Shown in pieces: positions 32,662 to 40,967 of a stretch of 64,000 nucleotides of DNA (position 1 is the stretch's first letter; the number at the start of each line of letters is the position of its first letter). Location of the stretch: positions 11,101-75,100 of the forward strand of contig JAJFGE010000012.1 in assembly GCA_021776295.1 (NCBI GenBank), written 5' to 3'. A program made the position numbers and the translations under genes. The notes under the pieces were generated by a model. It was not told the DNA's origin. It was given only the letters and a program-made list of their open reading frames with translations, and made no database searches. The DNA comes from Hyphococcus sp. (GTDB lineage Bacteria > Pseudomonadota > Alphaproteobacteria > Caulobacterales > Parvularculaceae).

Positions 32662-33666
32662 ATGACTGACAACATGAACGATGAACCTGGTTTTGTGCGC
32701 CGCTTTCCAAACCTGGCCTCGCCGCGTTTTGGCAGCCATGTGGCGAGCGCATCGGATGAATTTTTCGGCGCCAAGGAGCGGCTTATTTCTGATGCGCCGC
32801 CGGTGTTTATTGCCAATAAATATGATGACCACGGCAAGTGGATGGACGGATGGGAAAGCCGCCGCAAGCGCGACAAAGGTCATGATTGGTGCATTGTCGA
32901 GCTTGGCGCCTGCGGCGTCATTCATGGCGCGGAGATCGACACCAGTCATTTTACTGGAAACTATCCGCCCGGCGCCTCTATCGAAGCTTGCGCGCCGAAT
33001 GCAGATACTGACGACCCGTCAGTATGGAAAACCATATTGCCAACGGTTGTGTTAGAGGGCGACAAGCGCCAGTTTTTCACAATCAATGACGACGGCGTTT
33101 GGGGGGCGGTGCGGTTGAACATCCTGCCTGATGGCGGCGTTGCGCGGATGCGGCTTTATGGCGAGGTTGCGCCGTCATGGGGCGACGCTGATGATAATGC
33201 ATTGGTTGAACTTTCGGCTTTAACAAATGGCGGCCGCATCGTCGCCTATAATGATGCTCATTATGGCGATCTTTGGGCGTTGTTATCAGAGGGGCGCGGT
33301 AAGACCATGGGGGACGGCTGGGAAACCCGGCGCCGGCGCGAGCCTGGAAATGACTGGATCATTATCGCACTGGCGGCGCGCGGTACTGTTGAGGGAATTG
33401 AAATTGATACCGCACATTTTAAAGGCAATTTCCCCGATAGCGCGTCTGTCGAAGGGATTGATTTTTCAGGTGAGAGCGATGCGTCACTGATTGACGGATC
33501 GGCGCCATGGGTTGAGATTTTGCAGCAGTGCAAGCTTCAGGCGGATAATGTGCATGAGTTTGGCGCCGCCGATATTTCTTCACCCGGGCTGGTCACGCAT
33601 GTCAGACTAAATATCTATCCTGACGGCGGCGTCAGCCGTTTGCGCATCTTTGGGCGGCGTCAATAA
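32662..33666 (+). CDS. alc: Allantoicase
   Basis: Two allantoicase repeats: DGWESRRKR/DGWETRRRR, DTSHFTGN/DTAHFKGN, PDGGV. Confidence 0.95.
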   Translation: MTDNMNDEPGFVRRFPNLASPRFGSHVASASDEFFGAKERLISDAPPVFIANKYDDHGKWMDGWESRRKRDKGHDWCIVELGACGVIHGAEIDTSHFTGNYPPGASIEACAPNADTDDPSVWKTILPTVVLEGDKRQFFTINDDGVWGAVRLNILPDGGVARMRLYGEVAPSWGDADDNALVELSALTNGGRIVAYNDAHYGDLWALLSEGRGKTMGDGWETRRRREPGNDWIIIALAARGTVEGIEIDTAHFKGNFPDSASVEGIDFSGESDASLIDGSAPWVEILQQCKLQADNVHEFGAADISSPGLVTHVRLNIYPDGGVSRLRIFGRRQ

Positions 33667-34175
33667 TGAACATTGTGGATCTGTCGCCTGAACCGCTGAG
33701 CAGGGATAATTTTTCCAGGTTTGGCGATGTTCTTGAGATTAGCGGCGCAGAGCGGGTCCTTATCAATGAGGGAACGACGGAGCGGTTTCACGCTTTGTCA
33801 CGGCTTGATCTCGCCGATCAGCAAGGCGAGGGCGTCCTTTCAATTTTTCGTGCGACGGCGCGCCCGAGCCCGATAAAGATTACGATGGTGGAGCGCCACC
33901 CACTGGGAAGTCAGGCATTTTTTCCTTTGGCCAACAAGCGATGGCTTGTCGTTGTCAGTGCGGCGGAGACGCCCGCGCCGGAGAGCTTAAAAGCGTTCTG
34001 GGCGCGCGGTGATCAAGGGGTTCAATATGCAAAGAACACCTGGCACCATCCATTATTGGTCATTGAACCAGTGCAAGACTTTCTGGTGGTTGACCGCGCG
34101 GGGCCGGGAGACAATCTCGAAGAAATATGGTTTGGCGAAGGCGCCTATGCTCGCCTGGCGCCCCCGCGAGACTGA
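33666..34175 (+). CDS. allA: Ureidoglycolate lyase
   Basis: INEGTTERFH, ERHPLGSQAF, WHHPLL, FLVVDR. Confidence 0.93.
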   Translation: MNIVDLSPEPLSRDNFSRFGDVLEISGAERVLINEGTTERFHALSRLDLADQQGEGVLSIFRATARPSPIKITMVERHPLGSQAFFPLANKRWLVVVSAAETPAPESLKAFWARGDQGVQYAKNTWHHPLLVIEPVQDFLVVDRAGPGDNLEEIWFGEGAYARLAPPRD

Positions 34176-34184
34176 AATATAACC

Positions 34185-34841
34185 CTAGCTGTGCCGCGAC
34201 TGTAGCCAGATGCCGCCGCGGGCGCCGCCAATCAACGATGGTATTGCGAGGCTGAGCCATAAAAGACGAAAGGATAGCGGATAATTGTCAGCCGGATTGA
34301 TCATCGCCATGTAGGTCGGTGCGAAGACGATGAGACCGGCGGGGGCAAGGCGGTAGGCGATATTTTTGAGAAATGGCGCCTCTGCTTGAAACGTAAAAAT
34401 AGCGATGAGCCCGCCGCCAATAGCAACACCAATCATCTGTACAAAGAGATAGACTGCTCGGCTAAAAAAATAGCTCGATGCATCAGTTATGGCGGCAAAA
34501 GTTCTGGCGGCGCTTCGTGCGACCCAAATATCCCAATAATAGATCAGCAAAAAAGATCCGAGCAGGGCAGCAAGGGCAACGCCAAGCGGGCGCATCTTTA
34601 ACGCCCGCACTCGTTTTATGATCAGATGCGGCGCCGAGCGCATGGTTTGGCGCCAATACCAGCTTTGCGCATGACGCGGCGAATGACGGGAGATGTGGCG
34701 GAACTCTTCTTCCATATCGCCCATCAAAACCGCCTCATCCGCCGCATCCATAATGAAAGCGAGCAGCGCGCGTGCGGCCGGGGGCGGGCCTAATGGCGCG
34801 CTGGCGTTGCGGTTGTTCGCACCCTTAGTATGTTTGGCCAC
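34185..34841 (-). CDS. Membrane protein with permease-prefix-like N-terminus (PadR-associated)
   Basis: PPPAARALL...GDMEEEF...WYWRQ, followed by about 4 hydrophobic segments. Confidence 0.65.
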   Translation of the reverse strand: MAKHTKGANNRNASAPLGPPPAARALLAFIMDAADEAVLMGDMEEEFRHISRHSPRHAQSWYWRQTMRSAPHLIIKRVRALKMRPLGVALAALLGSFLLIYYWDIWVARSAARTFAAITDASSYFFSRAVYLFVQMIGVAIGGGLIAIFTFQAEAPFLKNIAYRLAPAGLIVFAPTYMAMINPADNYPLSFRLLWLSLAIPSLIGGARGGIWLQSRHS

Positions 34842-35155
34842 GGGTCCAATCCCTTCAACATGGCGCCAAGTGCGCGGATCGATTTTTCAAGTTGCGCTTG
34901 GCCTTTCGCCTTAATGACATAGTGGCGTTTGGCGCGCCCGCCGCGTTCGCGCGTCGCCTCGCCCAGGCGTGAGGCGACATAGCCTTTGTCCTCAAGCCGA
35001 GAGAGCGTCGAGTAAAGCGCGCCAATAGAAACTGATCGCGTGGCGCGGTCTTCTATTTCTTTCCGGATGGTCACGCCATAAGCATCGGGTCCTTGCCGAA
35101 CGAGCGCGGCAAGGACGAGAATTTCAAATTCACCCAAGTGTTTTGTTCTGCTCAT
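34790..35155 (-). CDS. PadR family transcriptional regulator
   Basis: LGEFEILVL, AYGVTI, GALYSTLSRLEDKG, GGRAKRHY. Confidence 0.9.
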   Translation of the reverse strand: MSRTKHLGEFEILVLAALVRQGPDAYGVTIRKEIEDRATRSVSIGALYSTLSRLEDKGYVASRLGEATRERGGRAKRHYVIKAKGQAQLEKSIRALGAMLKGLDPWPNILRVRTTATPARH

Positions 35156-35398
35156 GGCTCTGTCCGCTATATCTACTACAAAATAGAATAAAATAAGAAG
35201 AAGTCAACGCACAGACTTGTCGTTGCTTCCGCCATCTCAATCCGGAATGGCGCGGCATGTTTCACTACGGTTCTGGTTTGGAGTGATGGTAGCCGGTGGG
35301 CTTTGTAGGAGTTGAGGGCGCGAAAAAAAGAATGTCTCGCGCCAACAACCCGTCTGCAATGCGCTGGTTGTAATATATTTAGAAATTATCCGTATACA

Positions 35399-35413
35399 TT
35401 AATGGTTTGATAA
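35399..35413. promoter_or_regulatory. Candidate CtrA box upstream of the che operon
   Basis: TTAA-N7-ATAA, one mismatch to TTAA-N7-TTAA. Confidence 0.35.
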
Positions 35414-35576
35414 AACACCGTATCGGCGACCAGCCATTTTAAATGCATCAAAACATTAGTTTTCAATTGTTTCAGGCTGGTAGGCGAAACGATCCGCTCC
35501 TTTTCATGTGGCGATGGTGGTTTAAAGGGTTGGTATTGTTTTTGGTGTACCGATGGTAACCATACAAATTAATTGA

Positions 35577-35909
35577 GTGTGTCGGGAAGGCAATCCATTG
35601 AGTAGAGAAGACTGCAAAAGCGAAGACGGCAGGGTTATCCTCACTTCGGTGCTTGATTTGCGCGCTGCCGCCCCGTTGGCAGATGAGTTATTGGCGTTAC
35701 GCGGTAACGACCTCGTTATCGACGCCTCTAAAGTCGAGCGCATTGGCGCGCCGTGCTTTCAGGTGCTGTTGTCTGCGGTCAAAACCTGGGCGGTCGCTGG
35801 CCACACAATCGCAATCTTTGACGAATCTCCTGCCTTTTCTGAAGCGGCGAGCCATCTTGGGGTTTGTCTGTCGCAGCATGAAACAAACGAGAATGAAACA
35901 TGCCTTTAA
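35577..35909 (+). CDS. STAS-domain chemotaxis protein (CheS/CheX-like)
   Basis: LDLRAAAPL, IDASKVERIG, QVLLSA; first gene of an alphaproteobacterial-type che operon; start uncertain. Confidence 0.8.
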   Translation: MCREGNPLSREDCKSEDGRVILTSVLDLRAAAPLADELLALRGNDLVIDASKVERIGAPCFQVLLSAVKTWAVAGHTIAIFDESPAFSEAASHLGVCLSQHETNENETCL

Positions 35910-36265
35910 GCGTGCTAGCCGTTGATGATTCACGGACAATGAGAGAGATGTTGCGCCTTGCCCTCACTGAGGCGGGCTTTGACGTCTCGCTTGCCGAGGA
36001 CGGTGAGCACGGCCTTGAGGTGCTCGCTGGCATGGCGCCCAATGTCATTGTTACGGATATCAACATGCCGAAAATGGACGGCTTTGGGTTCATTGAGGGC
36101 GTAAGGCGCTCAGTCGAACATCGCGTAACACCAATACTCGTCCTGACGACGGAATCAGCGCCGGAACTGAAAATGCGGGCAAAGAATGCCGGCGCCACCG
36201 GTTGGATCGTCAAACCATTTGATAAAGACAAGCTAGTCGACGCCATAAAACGCGTCGCTGCATAG
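35900..36265 (+). CDS. cheY: Chemotaxis response regulator
   Basis: VDDS, TDINMPKMDG, LTTE, GATGWIVKPF. Confidence 0.93.
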   Translation: MPLSVLAVDDSRTMREMLRLALTEAGFDVSLAEDGEHGLEVLAGMAPNVIVTDINMPKMDGFGFIEGVRRSVEHRVTPILVLTTESAPELKMRAKNAGATGWIVKPFDKDKLVDAIKRVAA

Positions 36266-36282
36266 ATTCGGGAGCCTTTCCA

Positions 36283-38463
36283 GTGGATTCAATGGCGGAA
36301 ATTAAGCAGACCTTTTTTCAGGAATGCGATGATTTGCTCGGTGAGTTAGAGAGCGGCCTTATGGATATGGAGGGCGGCGCCGGGGATTCGGAAACGGTTG
36401 CCGCGATTTTCCGTGCGGTTCACTCAATCAAAGGCGGCGCCGGGGCTTTCGGGCTCGATAAGCTTGTCGCGTTTGCGCATATTTTTGAAACGACGCTTGA
36501 TGAAGTCCGCGCGGATCGGTTGGAAGCAACGCCTGAGGTTTTGAGTGTCTTGTTGCGTTCGTCAGACGTGCTGGCGGATTTGGTGCGCGCCGCTCAAAGC
36601 GATGAAGAACTCGGCGATGACGTTACAGCTGGCCTCGTTGAAGACTTGTCAGCATTCGTTGGAGATAAGGCAGGCGCGCCTGACGAGACGCCAGCGGGCG
36701 GTGAGGATATTTCGTTTGCACCGCTCGGCACGGCCATCGACCTCGATGATGCATTTGGCGACCTTGATGATGTCGAGGAAACTCAGTCTTTCATCATTAA
36801 ATTCCGCCCGATGCCGGAACTCTACGCAAACGCAAATGAAACCGTTCTGCTGTTCCGTAATCTGGCCGAGATGGGTGATGTAAAAGTCGCATGCGATGAA
36901 TCGCAAATCCCAACGCTTGATGAGCTTGACCCGGAAGGCGCTTATCTTTCCTGGACGATCATTGTTCAGACCAGTCGTAGCGAGGCGGAGCTGCTGGAAA
37001 TTTTTGAATTCGTCGAAGATGACTGCACTCTCGAAATTAAAGCTGAAGAGAGGACAGACGACACGATTGAGCCCGAACTGGCTGACGATGAGGCTTTGCC
37101 TGTTGAAGAAGAGGCGTCGCCTACAGAGGCAGACGGCACACCTGACGCCGCCGGCTCTGAAGATAATGCTGTAAGCAAAGACAACGTTGTTTCATTGGCT
37201 GAGAAAAAAGAAAAACCGGCCGCCTCGGCACAGGCGTCAAAGGAAAAGGACGCAAGCGACGCGACGATACGGGTCAATCTTGGCCGCATCGACCGTCTTG
37301 TCAATCTGGTCGGCGAGCTGGTGATCAATCAGGCGATGCTCACCCAAGGCGTGATTGACGCCGGGCTAGAGCGTGGCGATTCGGTTGAGGCGGGCCTTGA
37401 AGAGTTAAAACAACTGACGCGTGAAATTCAAGACAGCGTTATGGCCATCCGTGCGCAACCGGTCAAAGCTTTGTTTCAGAGGATGTCGCGCATCGTTCGT
37501 GAAGCCGCCAGGGCGACAGAAAAATCTGTACACCTCGTGATGGAAGGCGAGATGACCGAAGTCGATAAGACGGTTGTCGAACGCCTGGCGGACCCCTTGA
37601 CCCATATGATTCGCAATGCGGTCGATCACGGCCTTGAGAAGGCTGAAACACGCATAGCCAACGGAAAGCCCACTGAAGGCACAGTGTCGCTTACAGCTGC
37701 GCATCGCTCCGGCCGCGTTGTGATTGAGGTTTCCGACGACGGTGCAGGAATAAACCGTGAGCGTGTTAGAAACATTGCCATTGAAAAAGGCCTTATCAGT
37801 GAGGAAGACAAATTATCCGACAGCGATATCGATAATTTGCTCTTTATGCCCGGTTTCTCGACCGTTGATAAAGTTTCAAATCTTTCCGGTCGTGGCGTCG
37901 GCATGGATGTCGTTAAGCGCGCAATCCAGGCTGTTGGCGGGAGAATATCGATTTCATCGAAGCCCGGAAAGGGTTCGACATTTTCTATCAGCCTGCCTCT
38001 AACGCTTGCCATTCTCGATGGTATGGTTGTTGAGGTGGCTGATCAAACATTGGTCGTCCCACTCACTGCGATTGTTGAAACATTAAAGCCAACGCCTTCA
38101 GATATCCATGAGCTTGGCGCCGGCGCAAAAGTCATATCCATTCGAGGTGAATTTATACCGATCATAGATGCTGGACGCACTATGGGATACCGAAGCGAAC
38201 CGGCAGACCCTCTGACCGGGGTTGTGCTTTCGGTTGAAACGGAAGATGGCGCGCGCGCTGCGGTGATTGTTGACACTATTCAGGACCAACGGCAGGTCGT
38301 CATTAAAAGCCTGGAAGAAAATTACGGCCATGTCGACAGCGTCGCCGCCGCGACAATCCTCGGCGACGGCAGGATCGCGCTCATTCTCGACATTGACTCA
38401 ATTATCGCTCGTGAGGGCAATGCGCTTTCATTTCAGGAAACCAGTCTAGCTGCAACAGGGTAA
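36283..38463 (+). CDS. cheA: Chemotaxis histidine kinase
   Basis: FRAVHSIKGG (Hpt), IRNAVDHG, DDGAG, SGRGVGMDVV, C-terminal CheW domain. Confidence 0.97.
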   Translation: MDSMAEIKQTFFQECDDLLGELESGLMDMEGGAGDSETVAAIFRAVHSIKGGAGAFGLDKLVAFAHIFETTLDEVRADRLEATPEVLSVLLRSSDVLADLVRAAQSDEELGDDVTAGLVEDLSAFVGDKAGAPDETPAGGEDISFAPLGTAIDLDDAFGDLDDVEETQSFIIKFRPMPELYANANETVLLFRNLAEMGDVKVACDESQIPTLDELDPEGAYLSWTIIVQTSRSEAELLEIFEFVEDDCTLEIKAEERTDDTIEPELADDEALPVEEEASPTEADGTPDAAGSEDNAVSKDNVVSLAEKKEKPAASAQASKEKDASDATIRVNLGRIDRLVNLVGELVINQAMLTQGVIDAGLERGDSVEAGLEELKQLTREIQDSVMAIRAQPVKALFQRMSRIVREAARATEKSVHLVMEGEMTEVDKTVVERLADPLTHMIRNAVDHGLEKAETRIANGKPTEGTVSLTAAHRSGRVVIEVSDDGAGINRERVRNIAIEKGLISEEDKLSDSDIDNLLFMPGFSTVDKVSNLSGRGVGMDVVKRAIQAVGGRISISSKPGKGSTFSISLPLTLAILDGMVVEVADQTLVVPLTAIVETLKPTPSDIHELGAGAKVISIRGEFIPIIDAGRTMGYRSEPADPLTGVVLSVETEDGARAAVIVDTIQDQRQVVIKSLEENYGHVDSVAAATILGDGRIALILDIDSIIAREGNALSFQETSLAATG

Positions 38464-38467
38464 GACC

Positions 38468-38947
38468 ATGTCAGAAACAGAAATAAAAACGAAGAGTAAC
38501 GATGATGCGCTGGAGTTGGTGGCTTTTTGTGTGGGCGATCAGGAATATTGCGTGAACATTATGTCCGTGCGGGAAATTCGTGGCTGGACGAAAGAAACAT
38601 CTCTGCCGTTGACGCCTCCATTCGTACGCGGTGTAATTAATTTGCGAGGCTCAGTTGTCCCGGTTGTCGATCTTGCATCCCGCCTCGGTCTTGAGCAGAC
38701 AGAACCATCCGCACGGCATGTGATCATTATTATGCAGATCGGCGAGCAGGCGGTTGGGCTGGTCGTTGACGCCGTGTCGGACATTTTAACTATCCTGAAG
38801 GAAAAAATTCAACCAACCCCGGACGTGTCTTCCGAGGCTGCGAAAGGCTTCGTTGAGGGCGTGTTGGCGATGGAAGAAAGGATGATCAACTTGCTCGATC
38901 TCAGCACCGTCCTGCCGACAGATACGATTGAAGGAATTGCAGCGTAA
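38468..38947 (+). CDS. cheW: Chemotaxis coupling protein
   Basis: VREIRGW, GVINLRGSVVPVVDL, GLVVDAVSDI. Confidence 0.95.
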   Translation: MSETEIKTKSNDDALELVAFCVGDQEYCVNIMSVREIRGWTKETSLPLTPPFVRGVINLRGSVVPVVDLASRLGLEQTEPSARHVIIIMQIGEQAVGLVVDAVSDILTILKEKIQPTPDVSSEAAKGFVEGVLAMEERMINLLDLSTVLPTDTIEGIAA

Positions 38948-39834
38948 TGCAAACATCAGCGCAACGACATAATAAAACAGAAGCGATCACGCCCGGTGAG
39001 TATCTTTTTACGGCGGATGATTTTTAGCAGATTGCTGCGTTGATAAAAGATGCATCTGGCATCTCTCTGAACGAATCAAAGGTATCGCTGGTTTATTCTC
39101 GGTTGGCGAAACGGTTGCGCGCGAAAGACATAAAAACATTTCGCGAATATTGTGCATTTGTGAAAGGCGATGACGGCGCTGAAGAGCGCAACAATATGTT
39201 GAATGCGCTGACAACCAATGTGACGCGATTTTTTCGTGAGCCGCATCATTTTGACATCTTAAAGGCCAATGTTTTGCCGCCATTGCTTGCGCAAGCCAAG
39301 CGCGGGGGGCGTATCCGCATTTGGTCATCGGCCTGCTCCAGCGGCGAAGAACCCTATTCCATTGCATTAACGCTGTTGTCGCTTTTGCCGGACGCAGCGT
39401 CATACGATATAAAAATCCTGGCGACGGATATTGACAAAAATATTCTCGACAGGGCGCAAAACGGCGTTTACAGAGCATCAAATGTTGAACCTGTTCCGGC
39501 GAATTTGCAGAAAAAATATTTTAATAAAGTTGGCAGCGCAGGTGAAGAATTGTGCGTCAACGACACTGTTAAAAAACTTATTACGTTCCGGCCGTTGAAT
39601 CTAATAAGACCATGGCCGGTGAAAGGCCCCTTTGATTTTATATTTTGCCGCAATGTGGTGATCTACTTTGAAGAAGACACGCAACAAGAGCTTTGGCAAA
39701 AATATTACAACGTGCTTACGCCTGGCGGGTGGCTCTTCATCGGTCATTCAGAACGCGTCACCGGACCGGCGGCGGCGGCATTCAGCTCTGAAGGAATGAC
39801 CGCTTACCGAGATAAAACCGGCGCCGCGAGATGA
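38947..39834 (+). pseudogene. cheR: Chemotaxis methyltransferase CheR with in-frame TAG at 39025-39027 (or N-terminally shortened from TTG 39040)
   Basis: ATG 38947 overlaps the cheW stop and reads ...GEYLFTADDF*QIAALIKDASGISL, in frame with TTNVTRFFRE, SACSSGEEPYS, IFCRNV, GHSE. Confidence 0.8.
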
Positions 39835-39898
39835 ATGCGGTATTTGCTTTTTATCATCCCAGAAGTTCAAAGTGTTTTTTAAGTAAAAGGACGAAACC

Positions 39899-40288
39899 AT
39901 GGCGTTAAAAGATAAATTGAGAGTGATGGTCGTTGACGATATGTCCACGAGCCGCAGTTTGATCTATGATTGTTTTGACAAGCTCGGTATTAGCAATGTC
40001 AGTGCAGCCAAAAATGGGGCGGACGCGCTTAGCGCTATCAAGAAAAGCCCGGTGCACCTTGTTGTATCCGATTACAACATGCCGAATATGAATGGGCTGG
40101 AATTGCTGAAAGCGTTGCGTGGCAATCCTAAGACAGAGAAGATCGGTTTTATCCTCGTCTCAGGCAGCCCGGACCAAACCCTGATTGATAAAGGACGCCA
40201 GCTCGGCATGAACAATTACCTGAAAAAACCGTTTAATCCTACGGATTTGCAGCGTTGCGTCAAGGAAGTGTTTGGCCGATTGGATTAA
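39899..40288 (+). CDS. cheY: Second chemotaxis response regulator (CheY2-like)
   Basis: VVDD, SDYNMPNMNG, YLKKPF. Confidence 0.88.
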   Translation: MALKDKLRVMVVDDMSTSRSLIYDCFDKLGISNVSAAKNGADALSAIKKSPVHLVVSDYNMPNMNGLELLKALRGNPKTEKIGFILVSGSPDQTLIDKGRQLGMNNYLKKPFNPTDLQRCVKEVFGRLD

Positions 40289-40334
40289 TAGCCAGGCCTT
40301 TAAGTTGTGTAGTAATAGTAGAGTCGCCGTTCCA

Positions 40335-40727
40335 ATGTTAGCTGCCGAAAAAGATACGGACAATGCCGGTCCAGATGCGCAGCTCGCCCTGCTGCTTGAT
40401 TTTGTCCAGCAAGAGCTGGACGGGGTTGCTGTGGTTAGCGATCGATTGCAGAAGCCAATTGGCGAGTTGCTGCGGATTAGCGGTGATGATTTGCCGGACG
40501 AAGTCTACCTGGTCCAAGAAATCGACCGCGTGTCGCAAATCATTCATGACCTTGCAAAATTTCTAAGGACTGTAGTGCTGCAAGTGCATCCGGAGTGGCG
40601 TGTTGATGCAACGCATGCGGCTGAGAATCTAATCATGAGCGAGTTGGCGTCGCGCCTGCGTGGAGAGCAAGATAATTCGCCTAAAGAGCATGCACCAGCT
40701 GCCGTTGGGGATTGTCTTTTTCTTTAG
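40335..40727 (+). CDS. CheT-like small chemotaxis protein (putative CheY-P phosphatase)
   Basis: QEIDRVSQ (DxxxQ), PEWRVDA, LASRL, C-terminal GDCLFL; position in che operon; start uncertain. Confidence 0.55.
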   Translation: MLAAEKDTDNAGPDAQLALLLDFVQQELDGVAVVSDRLQKPIGELLRISGDDLPDEVYLVQEIDRVSQIIHDLAKFLRTVVLQVHPEWRVDATHAAENLIMSELASRLRGEQDNSPKEHAPAAVGDCLFL

Positions 40728-40895
40728 AGCTGGAAGCTCATGTTATGAGCTGTCCATAAAGTACGCAGTCAGGTTAATTTCTTTGCGGAAACAAAGTTTT
40801 ACAGAACAACGCCTACCGTTCAGGCGCATTGGCGTCATGAGCTTATGGCTCTAGCATTCGCTCAATCTCCTGCGATCTCCCAAACCAGGCGCGTA

Positions 40896-40912
40896 GTAAA
40901 CCCCAATTAACC
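40896..40912. promoter_or_regulatory. Candidate CtrA box upstream of the MCP gene
   Basis: GTAA-N7-TTAACC. Confidence 0.45.
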
Positions 40913-40967
40913 AATATGGTGTAGCATCGTTCATGAAATTGTCCGTCCCCTGAAGGAGAAACCTGAA

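Noticed and set aside
39025-39027. Pyrrolysine or genome-wide TAG recoding
   Set aside because: Other genes in the window (dnaN, deoC, xdhB, uraD, cheY) end normally at TAG, and no pyl genes are visible
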